From contig JBHGNT010000015.1 of assembly GCA_043228905.1 (NCBI GenBank), forward strand, positions 7,564,001 through 7,628,000: 64,000 nt of DNA. The letters run 5' to 3'. Shown here piece by piece: positions 50,419 through 64,000 of the stretch. The stretch is from Azolla caroliniana (taxonomy: Eukaryota > Plantae > Polypodiophyta). The notes under the pieces were generated by a model, which worked only from the letters and a program-made list of their open reading frames with translations, was not told where the DNA came from and did no database searches. The position numbers were made by a program, and so were the translations under genes. Each line of letters starts with the position of its first letter. Position 1 is the stretch's first letter.

Positions 50419-53400
50419 ACGTAGTTTCTAACTTCTTAAACACGTGTCCAGAAGTCACTAGTAAACTTTGGATCTTGATCATTCATGATATCCATCGATA
50501 ACCCATCAAAACGAAATAACTCGTCAATGAATTGGTAAGCCAATTCAGGAGCTATTACCATGGTTTTAGTAGTAATAAATGTAGCCATTTTAGTTAGTTT
50601 GTCAACCACAACCCAGATGGCACCATGTCCTTTTTTGGTGCGAGGAAGGCTAACAATAAAATCCATGGATATACTTTCCCACTTATTATTGGGAATGTCC
50701 AAGGGATGTAAAAGTCTTACAGCTTTAAGTTGCTCGGCTTTGGTAACCTAACATTGGTGACATTTAGTCACATAACTATGTATGTCAGGATGCATCTTAA
50801 GCCAATAGAATTGAGTGGTGATGAGAACGATTGTACGATATATTCCAGGGTGCCATGATGAGGGTGCATTATGGCATTCAAAAAGAATTCTCTTTTTCAC
50901 CTCAGGCAAATATGGAACACAAACCTTCCCATTACAGTAGAGCAGATCGTTAGCACTGTGAAAGGATTCCTTCGAGGATGTGATGGTGTCTGCTCCAAAC
51001 TCAACTCTTGCCCAGTATTTCGCAAAATAACTGTCATCAAGATACCTTCCTCGAAGGTGAACATAAAGATATGATGTTATTTCAATGAAGCTAAGCATGT
51101 TAACTTCACAGATGTGACTTAGCGACAATGTTCATGGAACCTTTACGATATCGTATCAAAAAATCAAAGTCCTGGATGAGATCAGCCCATCATACCTTAC
51201 GACCTTTCAGGTCTTGTTGGTCATAGAAATATTTCAAGGACTCGTGGTTCGTAGTTACCGTAAAACGATTTCCATAAAGATAATGGCGCCATGTTTTGAG
51301 CGCATGTATAATTGCAAATAATTCCTTTTCTTGAACGGTATACCGATTTTGAGCAAAATCAAGTTTCTTACTCTCGAATGTGATTGGTTTACCATCTTGA
51401 TATAAGACAACACCTATAGCATAATCGCTTGCATCGGATTTAACCTCAAAAGGTTTTGAAGGATCAAGTAAAAGAAGCAAAGGAACCTTGCACACCAGGT
51501 CCTTGAGTTCCTTAAAGGAGAGGTCTAGTGTAGCATTCCACACAATAGGTTTTGTAGACTTACGGGTTTGACCTTTTAGAAGATAAGTAAATGGCATCGT
51601 CAATTGGGAGTAATTACGAAGTGATTTTCACATAAACCTAACAAAACCAAGAAATCATTGAACTTCTCGAATATTCCGAAGAGTGATCCAAGGTTTGATT
51701 TTCTCGATGCAAAAAGGATCAATTTCAACACCTCCTTTGGTTATGAGATGTCCCAGATAAGTAATTGATTTCTTGAAGAACTCACATTTTGAGATCTTCG
51801 GGTAGAATTGCTTGTCGCGCAATGTTTGTAAAACAAAGCGGACATGTTTAGCATGTTCTTCTACTGTACGACTATAAAGTAGAAATTCTTGTCATTTATT
51901 TCTTGTTGAAATGTGGTTAGTGCATTTGCCAAACCGAAAGGCATGACCAAAAACTCGTAATGGCCATAGTGCATAGGAAATGCCGTTTTAGGAACATCGT
52001 CCTCACTTATATGAATTTGATGGTAGACCATACGGAAATCAAGTTTCATAAAATACCGAGCTCCTTGGAGACGGTCAATTAGATCGTTAGCCCAAGGAAA
52101 TGGATATGAATTCTTGATCATCACTTTATTCAGGCATCGGTAATTAATACACATACGTCATGTGCCCTCTTTCTTTTTTACCAAGAGAACAAGTGCACCC
52201 CATGGAGATTTACCATAACGTATATAACCCATTCGTAAATAGTCCTTGAGTTGGTTAAATACCTCATCCTCTTCGGATCGACTTAAGTGATAAGGAGGTA
52301 TACTTATTTGTGCAATGCTAGGTACAATATCTATACGATGGTCTATATTACGTTTAGGAGGTAACCTGTGTGGTAGTTCACTCGGAAAAACATCACGAAA
52401 ATCATTTAAGATTTCATCGAGTTGTTGTTGTTCAAAATATGATAAGTGAACCGAGACATTTTCGATATTGTAAACGTGAATGTTTGGATCAAGTACAAAA
52501 TAAAATAAAGTAGAACAAAACAACTCGGATATTGATGGAGAGGAAACAATCAAAATAGATTGTTTTTTAACACATTGAATAAAATGAGTACAATTGCTCA
52601 GTACAAAGGTAATTGAATGATGAACCCAATCAATAGATAACGAAGAGTTTTTATTAAAAAACCAGTGATAACCCAATATTACATCAGTGGTACAAAGATT
52701 CATTACATGGAAGTCTACTTCCTCTATATAAGTATCTATAGAAATTCCAAAGGAATGAATCGCCCCGTTAATGTATTGTACTCTTCCATCAACCAAGTGC
52801 ACCCTATAGGTGTGATCACTTACAGTGGGTTGGATTTCCCATATCTAAACCAAATGATCATTCACAAAATTGTATGAGCTTCCTGAATCAAATAAAAATT
52901 TGTGCGGGAGATCCGTTGATATACTTGTTTGCACATAGTAAATCATTGGGTCCCAATACATAGTGAGGGAAAGAACATTGACAATTACCTAAATGATGTG
53001 TATAGACCTCAAGGACATTAGGAATCTGACCTTTATGGTTTGCAACTTTTGCTTTGTTGTCGTCCTCTTTTCGTTGGAGCTTTCGACATTGTTCTTTTGT
53101 ATGACCCTTCATTTTGCAGAATACGCAAAAAGGATGAATTCGTTGGGTGTCTTGCGTTTCCCAGCGAATTGCGACTGCTTAGTCCCGAGCGCTTCGTTGG
53201 GTTTGTTATGGTCCTTCTTCGAAGTGCGTTAATAGCAAAGAACTATTTCAACGACCTCTTCTAAGGATTTTGGATCCTTATCGTGCATTATCTAGTGATA
53301 GTCGGAATTGGGGATGCCATTGACAAAACAAGCTATTAACCAGTTGTTCCTTACTAGACCCGATTTTTGGATTTGGGTTCTAGCATGGTGAACATAGTCT

Positions 53401-56095
53401 TCTAGCGAGGAAAACTTCCTGCTAGAGAGGTTCATTAAAGCTTGTGTTGCCTCGATTCGAGATGGAGGTTGCAGAAATTGGCCCTTGAAAACTGTGACAA
53501 AATCTGTCAAAGTATCAGGCAATTACCCCAAAGTTCGTAGTCCCCAACGCCACCAAGTGGCGGCCTTACGCCGTAGTTCTCGGCCGACATATGCAATCTT
53601 TGTACTATCCGGCGTGGGATAAAGCTCAAAATGAGACTCCCATTGGCCCAGCCACATGTAGATTGCTTCTTCGGTTCTTTCCTTTTTTTCTCCCATAAAT
53701 GGCTTTACAACGAATGACAGCTCACCCTGACGCTCATTGAGTCTATTAGTGTCACGTTTTAAACTAATGACATGTGCCTTGAGAGCACCTTGAGATTGCC
53801 AAATTTCAGACATTTGATGAGCGGTTGAACTAAGGAAATTTTGTATTTGTATGAAATACGACTCAATGGAGATTGGTCCAAGAGGATTTCCTTGAGTTCC
53901 TTCTACTTGAGCGGATGACATCGGGTTGTTATTATGAACCATTGAATGATAATTTCTGGCAAAGAAATAGGATAAGGTCAGACAAATAGTCATAACATCA
54001 AGTTGTAATGTAAACATATCATGGGCCAACATTAATCAATATCATGATCTCATGTCAATACCCCTCTAGACGTACGAGATGAGGTTGAAGATCAGGTTAC
54101 TATGGTAACACAAAGGTGTTTTAAAAACCATGGGGGTGACAAATGAATGTCTTTCCTTGATCTCTATATCAATTTTTTCATGGCGGCTCCCCAAGGCTGA
54201 ACCATGATGTATGTTCGCGTCATGAATAGTTTATGCACGAAAAAAATGTTAACAATAAACTATGTTTGTGTGCCCACGTATGTGGTTTCGGCTCTTTAAT
54301 TCCTATTACGAGGACCCTGAAGTGCACTTAGACCTAAAGTCTAAACATGTATTATAGTCATATGTAATAACAATGTTGTATGGTCTTGCTTATATTTGAA
54401 CTGGAGACCTCGAAAACAAATGCATTAAACACTTGAGCTAACCAAATAGGTTGCTTGTGTTAAATGTTTAGTGTTTTATGTGTATAAGAGATATGCGAAC
54501 CATTTGCCCATATATGTTTTTTTAAAAGAAACATATATGTCAAGAGTCCTTATTTCCCTCTCATTCACAACAAACTATGTTGGTACATTACCTAACCTCA
54601 AGTCTCATAATTATGATGGCATACGCCAAAGTGCAACCTAATGGTCATGCCAATGAGCCATGTTTTCGTAGTAGGCCCATGTGGCCCATCACATGGTTAC
54701 ATCATTACGAATGCCTTTTGTAAGAATGATCTCATGGTGGCATCATATCCATGTAATGAAGGAGGGATGTTGGATATGTGTGTCATAGGAGCGACCTCAC
54801 ATGAAGTGGGTCAAGCCCTACATTCTCAACATCATTGTGGCTATGATGATTTCGTTAGGTAACGAAAAAGAAGTGACCAACGAGGATGTCAACAACAAAA
54901 TTGTTGAAAAAAGGATGGTGACTATGCCATTCTCACAAAAATGTGAGGACGGCCACCAAGATCCTTTCCCCGAATATACACATATGATATAGAAATCATG
55001 TAATAACTAATATACACATACATATATTTATCACATATATATGATCAAATACGTATACCCGTGACCACATATGCATATTTTTAAAAAAAATGGTAATATC
55101 AAATAGCTAGCAATGATGTAATCGAGATACATAATCGAGGCATATAGCTTCTACACACACGAAACATCCAAAAGTAAGGGTTAATCGTAATACACAATTG
55201 AGGAATTGACTCTTACACATACGACACCAAACGCATATCATTTACTTAGAAATCGAGGTATTAACCTCATACGTATACTTAACAAATGTATGTGAATGTA
55301 ATACACAATTGAGGTATTAACCTCGTACGCATACAACACGAATCACATATTAAATATATGTCAAATGAGGTATTGACCTCATACACATATGTAAACGTTT
55401 TATACAACCAATTAATTACCACTACAACATCATTGAATCAATGAAAGAAAACACATATTGACTATACATGATTAGATTGGGAGAAGAAAGAATAGAAAAA
55501 AACCAAGAAAGAGTTACCGAAGTTCTTTTGTTGAACGCTATCTGGATCAAGGTCAACCGCATGTCGATCGATCACCATCCATCAAGAAGACAACAGAAAC
55601 CAACAAAAGAAACATTAGAAACATAAGCTCGGATACCAACTGTTAGAGTGATGTTCTAATGTAAGCATATGAAAAGGATATAGTATATATGAAATAAGAA
55701 AGGAGAGAGAGAAAGAAGGGTGACGATCCACCCGACCACCTCCAAGCGAAGGGATCGAGACGGACTCGAGTCTCGATCGGCATCCCATACCACCATCGCA
55801 GCGTCGAGTCGTACCTGGTGCTTGCGCACTCGCTACAAGAGTTGACCCACCACGAAACAAAGTCTCAATGTAGTCAAGAGATGATGAAATGAGGGTAGTT
55901 AGGCCTCATATTTATAGCCAGACCTACGGCCCCCAAGCAAGTTCACACTTGGCCTAATGGGTTGTCTCAATCCCGAGGATTAAAAGTAATCATCCCCTTC
56001 TTTACACTCTCGTTTAACCCTCACACTTTATCCACGTGTATAGAATACTACGGTAAATTCGCACCACAGGATATTATATGGTCATGCCCATAACA
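50419..56095 (-). mobile_element. pol: Gypsy E (chromovirus-type pol), 3'-truncated within integrase
   Basis: 5' LTR at 55641-56095; Met-type PBS at 55627-55638; gag at about 53900-52900; LPPKRNIDHRID; RT YEFLVMPFGLAN; RNase H SDASDYAIG; integrase WESISMDFI. Confidence 0.88.
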
Positions 56096-56209
56096 GCACG
56101 GGACCGGACGGGTCGTGGAGCATAGGCTAGGAGGCAAGCTGATAGAAGGATCAGAGGCAAAGAACCAATAAAGCAGAAGGAGGAACCTCAAGTTTAGCTT
56201 GAGGGGGAG

Positions 56210-56635
56210 TGTTGAGAGACAAGCTCAACATGAAGCTAGACTGGCTGAAGAAGTTGATAGCCAAATTGAGTGGGAGGATTGGCTAAAGAAGCCAACAGCT
56301 GGATCGTCCGGGAAAGTTGATAGGCTATTGGAGGCCTTATTCCTATGAATATTAGGTATAGTCAGTGTCAGATGCTCTTATGTGAGCATTAAAGTACTTG
56401 ATAGTACTTTTGCCAACCCCTGATAAAGGGCTTGTATAAAAGTCCTCACTCAACATAAATGTATGTACAGAGTGTTATTATTTTGAATATAGTTTTGTTG
56501 TGTTTCCTCATCTTTGTCTCTCCCTCTCCCTCTCTCTCTATATATATACTTAACTATCTATTGGTGTCCGTATTAACCGGTTGTGTTCTCTTTGTACAAA
56601 CTTTTGCATACACTATTCTTTTAGAAGACCTAACA
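56210..56635 (+). repeat. Copia (F-related) 3' LTR preceded by a PPT
   Basis: gagggggag PPT at 56201-56209, then tgttgagagacaagctcaaca, identical to the start of the Copia F LTR. The right end is approximate. Confidence 0.7.
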
Positions 56636-58319
56636 AATAGAGAGAGAGAGAGAGAGAGAGAGGTATAGTGGGTCAGATGCATAGGCAATTGGAATTGATC
56701 GAATGTAGGCATTCATATTAAAGTTTATAGATCAGTGGTGGGCCCTCTTTTCGAAGAATACCCACGATGGAAGAGTGAGAACTGTTGTCGCATAAAAACA
56801 TGCATACTATGCAACTCTAGTGAGGCATACGGGACCTTTACCTAGGAGGACGTTTGCCAAGTGAGAAGATTCTTTTGATTGCTTCCTTATTCTTCTTGTG
56901 TGGCAACAATGCAAATGCATGCGATGATGCAAACAATATTCTAGTCAACATGACCAAAGAAATCAATGCGAAGATAAGAGTGGACATAAATGATGGTACA
57001 CTTGTCAAGAAGAAGAAGAACCCTAAATAGTCACAAAGAGGAGGACAAATAAAACCCTAGAAACCTAAAGTACGTCAAGGAGAAGAAGAAGAAGAACTAA
57101 GAAGTGAAGAAAAAACCTTAACGGTATGCTCCAAACTCTAATGGCGGTAGGTTTGCATTGCATATGGCAAAAATGGAACAAGTCACCCAATCCATTGTCA
57201 AATTGTAACTCTTAACCATGGCAACACAAGGATGATCAAATGGCAGGGTTATTCAATCTGTTCAAGGATGATGTCTTTTCGATTAAAGCTTACTATCTCT
57301 TGTGAAATTTCCCCAAAGGATATAAAAGACTTGTGCTTCAATATGGATAGGTTTTCTTAGGGTTGGGCATCCTACCTGACTATTGTAGGTGATGTGACTA
57401 AAACAAGATGATGGGACTATAGAATTGACCAAGGTTATTTGGAAGGTGGTGTACAATCGACCAAATCTATGGTTTGGAGGTTTTTGGTGGCCTCCTTTCT
57501 CTAGGCAAGGTTGGATAATATGTGTCCAACTTCTACTCAATAGAGAGAGAGAGGTTATTAGCATATTGATGTTGTTTCAAGGTGTCTATAACACATTGAG
57601 AGCATAATATGTCTAGTTTGTTTGTAATAGAGGGAGGGAGGGAGGGAGATTATTAGCATTACCCATACTCCATTCTGGTACCATTGTAGTGTTTTTCACA
57701 CACATTTATTAATATATTTGTGTGTTGTCACAGATAAAAGAAGAAGATTATTGGCATGTTGTTGTTGTTGTTGGGTGTGTGCAACATGTTGTGTTTTATT
57801 CTCCTTGAAAGATTTTCTTCCGTAGTATTAAAAAACGCACGAAGGCTACGGCTTGAAGTTATCTGCCCAGAGCCTTACAACGTAGAATGAAAGAAGAAAA
57901 CATTACAATGGATGTAGCCATGATGACCTATGAAAACCACAAGGGAGAATGGCAGACGAAAAAGAATGACATTGGACATCCTATATGTATTGAACGTAGA
58001 ACATAGTGGGCCATAATGGTTAGTGCACACCACTTCCTCTTATGCCGTCATCCATTCGAATGTGACCATCTCGGCTCCATAATTATAACAATTATCCTTC
58101 GTTTCCTTTCACCTATTCTCCAGCTCACAACTCTAGTAATATCACATGAGCTATGATGAACCGTGTTGATGTAGAACACAATGGGTTGCCATGGTTAGCC
58201 CACAACTATCCCATATCCCTCATGCTAGAACATATATACGAATTCGACCATCTCCTACATCTTGATTTGAAGGGAAGATCTATCCATAATTAGATCAACT
58301 ACAACACACCTACTAGACC

Positions 58320-59050
58320 CTCAACAACATGCTTCTCCACACCATCAACATTCATCCTTATCAAGAGATCAAAAAGTATGCTTCATTTTCCACATCAACC
58401 ATCTCGCCAGTTATCACCAAAATCTTGTACATACAAAAACAAAATGAGTCTAATCTCATCCTTTCCTCATGAGAATACGCTTTGGCCCCCACACCATCAT
58501 CACTCATCCTTATCAAAAATAGAAAATATGCTTCATGAAGTCCACATCAACCATCTCGCCGCATCCATAAATCTCCTGCACAACCAAAACAAATAAACCT
58601 TACTCCTCTGACGACAGATAATATGCTTCTTACCACCACACCATCTACCCTCACCGTTATCCAAAAATAAAGTAATTGTTTCACTTTCTCTCCATCAACC
58701 ATCTCGCGGATTTACACCAATAGACCTACAGGACAATCCTAATTCCTAGGTCCTTGTACTATAGAATCGTAAGATAGGAAAGGAAACTCAATTAAATAAT
58801 ATAGCCCTCCTCAACTGTCAATAATAGGCTTCTAACCTCCACACCATCATCATGCATCCATTAACAAGAATACAAAATAATGCTTCATTTTCCACATCAG
58901 CCATCTCGCCGATTACCACCAAAATCTTGTACATACAAAAACAGAATGCATCTACTATCCTCATCTCCTCATGAAAATATGCTTCATCCCTTCACACCAT
59001 CATCACTCATCCTTATTTAAAATAGAAAATATGCCACAAAAGTTGACTAC
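58320..59050. repeat. Degenerate ~150-bp tandem repeat with a higher-order ~500-bp duplication
   Basis: atgcttcat...ccacatcaaccatctcgcc and cacaccatcatcactcatcctta recur; 58330-58540 resembles 58835-59035. Confidence 0.7.
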
Positions 59051-59109
59051 ATCTACATTTCCATAATGCCATAACCTTACAGTAGTCATCGTTTCCCAGA
59101 CATGGACAG

Positions 59110-59520
59110 ATCACACTTCCTTTCGAGGTTGCTGAAACGGACTAACTGATATCAATCTTCTATTGTGTACCATCATGGCCTCATGAACATTGTCTGCCAC
59201 ATACAACATCAAGCTGGAATGTAAAACTCCCGACATCACTGCTTCCCATGAGAACAAGGAACCAACATTGATCGTTAGGAATAAAGAAAGAACTTTATTC
59301 CATACTTGTTGAGCCAAGGGAATGGACCAAAGGGCATGCTTTGTACTCTCCTAACTTGCACAGCAAAAACCACGTTGCTTAAAATTGGGTGCTACATTCC
59401 CTTTCAAAGATGGCCAACTTGTAATGTTGCATGTAGTAATAGCCATTTGAAGAGAATAAATTTAGTGGTCCCCTTGCTTCCATTGGTGTTGTTCTTATTG
59501 TAATTGTTACCAAACCTCCA
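59110..59520 (-). pseudogene. Possible LINE (L1-type) zf-RVT remnant
   Basis: PLAQQVWNKVLSLF resembles the C.fa..vW tail of plant LINE zf-RVT. Very degenerate. Confidence 0.35.
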
Positions 59521-60482
59521 TCATTGTACAATATCTATGAAAGGATTAAAATTTTGGTTAAAAGCATGAAGGTCATATTGTCACGAAATAGAGGTATAGT
59601 ACACATGTCAAGTAAGAGAACAAACTAGAGCTATGAACCTATTTAATTACTTGTGTTGATCTTTTCAAGATGAACTAGCATGCCAAACCTTTTTTTGTGC
59701 AATTCAACATCCATTGCTTAAGTAATTTTGCTATTTGAACACCATACAATTGTCAAGACATAAATATACCCCGTTTTCAACCTTACAATAGCCCTTAAAT
59801 TAGCTAAGGCTTTATAAACTTATACAATTCCTGCATGAGTGAACTATGTATGATTTCAAGAATACTACATATACTAAAGTAGTTTTCACTATTGAGCTTG
59901 CAACTCATATCTTCAACTTACTCATCTAATCTTGTCTCTTGGTCATAAAAATTCATTTTCCCTTTTCTTTTCTTCTATTTCCAATTCAATGTTGCCCTTA
60001 TCTTTGGCCCCTGATAATTATTGTACTAAAAATTCTTAAGTTTTGTTTGTAGTTCCATTGCATCTTTTAAAAACAACTCATGGTTATAATTGACATGCCA
60101 AAGTTTTTAAAACATCTAAATCGGGTTTTTTTCCATATACAAGATATTTGTTAGTTGTGTTAAGGTTTGGCTTTTTTGTTTTAGTTATTTAGTGTGAACA
60201 TCTCTAATTTTGGTCTTTTTCTAGCTACTATCTTCACATCGTCTCTCCTAAGAGTCAAATAAACTTTCCGAGGAATTATGGGAGAGCTTATTGGCGGTAG
60301 TGCATCGACAATCTCACAATATGTCAGGCTCTTCAGAGGTTGTTCTTATGAAATGGAAAACATTACTGCAATTATGGAGGAAGTTGCCTCTAGTGAAGGT
60401 TTCATCTAAAGAACCAATCTAGAAATATCATCACCCTTGGCCCGTGCCCTGATCATCCTTTTTGTATATAACACTCTCCAAT

Positions 60483-61553
60483 TGTATCGATGGTGATTCT
60501 TGTGCAACAGATTAGGTTAGAGATGTGTGTTATGTGTGTGAGAGAGAGAGAGTGGAGAGGAGAGAAACATAAGATAGATAGAAAATGGAAATACTCAAGA
60601 AGATTGTGTATTACAAAGGAGATTATCCGACCAATTACAAAGTAGGAGGAGGATGCTTTATATAGTCACCCTCTCTCTTCATTAACTACTGAAGCTCATC
60701 GGTCATGGGGAATGTGGAAACTCATTAGTTATGTGTCATAGAATATGATTCTACGACACATAGTTAATGTGTAGAGAATAGTGGTGTTCCGTTTGACCTT
60801 TGAGTGTTCACACACTAGACTAGGTTGAGCTTGATTCTCAACATGCACCCTCAAGCTCACCTCGGATCGGTCCCTTCCGGTTGATATCCTCATCGGCTGG
60901 TACCCGGTTTGGACAATGTCTGGTTTGTATTCCCCCTTAAGCTAGGCATGCCAAGGATTGTTAGTCCACAGTCTAACATGAACTGCCGAACCTTGTTGGC
61001 TCCTAGGGCTTTGGTGAAGATGTCAGTTGTTTGAAGATTCATGTTGATGTGTCGAAGTTCGACATCTCTAGCCTGAACGCATTCTAGAATGAATTGATAG
61101 TGCACTTCAATATGTTTCGTGCGTGCGTGGAACACTGGGTTCCGAGCCAGATGAATACTGCTCATGTTGTCGTAGTAAAGGGGAATCAGATATTTGGTGG
61201 GAACGCCTAGATCCTTCAATATCCTCTTGAGCCATACGGCTTCACATGCAGCCACGACCACGCCCCTGTATTCAGCCTTTGTGCTCAAAAGATCAACAAT
61301 CAGCTGCTTCTTGCTACTCCAGGATATTGCTCCGCTATTGAGGGAGAAGACAAATCTGGAGGTTGATCGGTGGTCAGCTCTGTAGCCGGCCCAATCGGCA
61401 TCTAGGTACCCTTGAGTTGAATTGGCGTGGCCGACTTATAGAGAATTTCATAGTCCATTGTTCCACTCATGTATCATAGCACTCGCTCAACACAATCCAA
61501 ATGGATATCTCGTGGAGTTTGCATGAATTGGATAAGGAGGCCAATCGGATAGC
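60483..61553 (-). mobile_element. Copia G 3' end: RT C-terminus, RNase H, PPT and 3' LTR (about 60483-60843)
   Basis: AEYRGVVVAACEAVWL and HARTKHIEVHY; the LTR ends ttgattctcaaca like the Copia D LTR. The left LTR boundary is approximate. Confidence 0.75.
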
Positions 61554-64000
61554 TTAGGCCAACACAAGCATTCTTCTGATCCATACCTCGTCAGAAGTGG
61601 CTATTGGAGCTCCTCTATATTCATCGTAAGTACTTGATAATGCAATAGTAGCTTGTTTCTTGCTACTCCATGAAATAGTTGCGCTTCCCAATGTAAACAT
61701 ATATCCACTTGTGGATCTTCTATCAGTTTGGCTTCTAGCCCAATCAACATTTGTATATCCTTCTAGCTTTATGTCCAAATCAGCCTTGTAAAACAGTCCA
61801 TAGTTCTGAGTAGCTTTTACATACCTCAAGATTCTTCTAATGCAGTCCAAATGTGGCTTTGTTGGCTACTGCATAAACTGGCTGACTAATCCAACAACAT
61901 AACTCAAATTAGGTCTTGTTATACTCAAATATATGAGGCTACCCACCATAGACTTGTATATGTTTACATCTTCTATTTTGGCTCACAAATCAGCTCTCAA
62001 TTTGCAGTTCTTATGCAGTGGTACATAAATAGGTTTGCATCCAAGCATACCATACTTCTTCAACATAGTTGTTCCATACTGTTTTTGCAACATATATATA
62101 CCACTTTTAGATCTGATCATCTCAATACCAAGAAAGTATCTCAACTCTCCCAAATCTTTCATATGAAATTACATTTCAAGATTTTTCTTAAGCTTCCTTA
62201 TTTCATCCATAGAATCACCTCCAATGATTAAGTCATCAATATATATCAAGATAACAACAATGCAATCATTTATCTTCTTTACATACAGTGATGGATCAAC
62301 TTTTGACATTTTGAAAGCAAATTTTTTCAAAGATTCTGAATGTCATGCTCTCGGTGCTTGTTTTAGTCCATAAAGAGCCCTTTTTAGCATACAAACATAT
62401 TCTGGATGCTTTTTATCTTCAAAACCTGGTGGTTGACACATATATACTTCTTCTTCGAAGTTACCATGTAAACAAGCATTTTTTACATCCATATGGTGCA
62501 GAACCCATCTTTTGGCTGCACTGACAGCAAGTAATGTCCTCAATGTTGCCATCTTTGCAACCGGTGCAAAAGTTTCATCATAATCAATTCCTTGCATTTG
62601 GGCATATCACTTTGCCACAAATCTTGCTTTATGTCTACTTACATTCCCATTGGAATCATGCTTTGTTTTGTAGACCCATTTGCAACCTACAACATTTTTT
62701 CCTTTTGGTAACTTTACCAAATCCCATGTTCTGTTTTCAACTAATTCATTTATTTCTTCTTGCATTGCTTTCACCCATTTCTTATCAGATTTTGCTTCAT
62801 CAAAATTATTTGGATCAGAGATTTGTACCACTTTAGACATGTATGCATAATGCATTGCCATGTATGTATCATAACCAAATCTTTGAACAATCTTTTTCTC
62901 TCTATATGATCTTCTCAGTTTTTGATTTGCATCTTTCATTGCCTTTTCCATACCAGGGATTTTCAAGGCTCCTATACCAAGCTCATCATCCAATGATGTA
63001 TTTGAATCTACATCTTCCATGTTTCTAGACCCATCAAGTATTTCATATTCTGGCATCTTCTGTTTTCCCTTCCTATCATCATATTTTTTGTGTCCTGCAT
63101 TTTTCCCACTCCATGCCTTTGAATCAGATTTATTACCAGAGTTTTATGATGGTCCAGTACATTCTATTGATGTTGAACCTTTCTATCCAACATTGCTTCC
63201 ATTTCCACGACAATCTCTTCCATTTTCAGATTTTTCTCTGTCTTCATTTTCACAGTCTTCATCAGTTTCGACATTTTCTTTTGGGTTGTACTAGCTGCCC
63301 AACTCATCAAATATTACATCACGACTTACCACAATCTTTTTTGTCAATAGGTTATAGCATCTATACCCTTTTTGCTCCTCTGAATATCCAACAAGAACAC
63401 ATTTTTCAGCTTTTGGATCAAGCTTACTTCTTACTTCAGCAGGTACATGAACATAGGCAAGGCATCCAAACACTTTTAGATGTCCTAAACTAGGTTTCCT
63501 TCCATAGAAACATTCTTTAGGAGTTACTTCATGTACTCCAGATGTTATACATCTATTTAAAATCAATTTTGTTGTGTTTACAACTTCTGCCCAATATTAC
63601 AATGGCATATTTTTTTTCAGTCATCATGGCTCTTGCTATGTTAATTGTGGAGTATATCTACATGTAAACTGTCTACTTATTCTTTGATTGCATAGAAAAT
63701 CAGAAAACTCATTTGAGAAATATTCTTCTCCTCCATCAGATCTTAAACATTTTATATCCAGCCTACTTTTCTACCATGCATTTGAACTTACGAAAGCAAT
63801 CAAATACTTCACTTTTCTCTTTCATGAAGTAAACCTATGTTTTCCTTGAGCAATCATCAATAAATGTTACATAAAACTTACATACACTAATTGATGCATT
63901 TTTTGTTGGTCCCCATACATTTGTATGTACCAAATCCAACAAATTTTTGCTTACATGTCTTTCATGAGGGAAAGGCAACCTATTTTGCTTTCCATATTGG
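61554..64000 (-). mobile_element. pol: Copia H pol fragment (integrase to RT, start of RNase H), AT-rich family, continues beyond the window
   Basis: [40 protein letters not shown] and RRSTSGY. Confidence 0.88.

Noticed and set aside
60240-60410. Possible Harbinger-type HTH fragment (MGELIGGSASTISQYVRLF)
   Set aside because: Too short, with no catalytic motifs or TIRs nearby.

Overview
Eukaryotic, probably non-seed land-plant, heterochromatin-like window made almost entirely of nested, degenerate LTR retrotransposons (Ty3/Gypsy and Ty1/Copia). Most nesting junctions can be resolved by target-site duplications (TSDs). No host gene, rRNA, tRNA or CRISPR array is supported. The standout is a 9,006-bp DNA transposon (6109-15114; 36-bp TIRs, TGGG 4-bp TSD) inserted into a Gypsy RNase H. 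It carries a DDD-type (Sola-like) transposase on + and, divergently on -, an intron-containing cargo gene. That gene fuses a ParB/Srx-like domain to a bacterial-type beta-class N6-adenine/N4-cytosine DNA methyltransferase. Between the two genes lies an array of seven 25-bp palindromes at an exact 51-bp period. A second theme is a Gypsy family with an extra coiled-coil ORF downstream of pol, which is retained even in a gag-pol-deleted derivative. All domain calls come from motifs read by eye; no database search was run.
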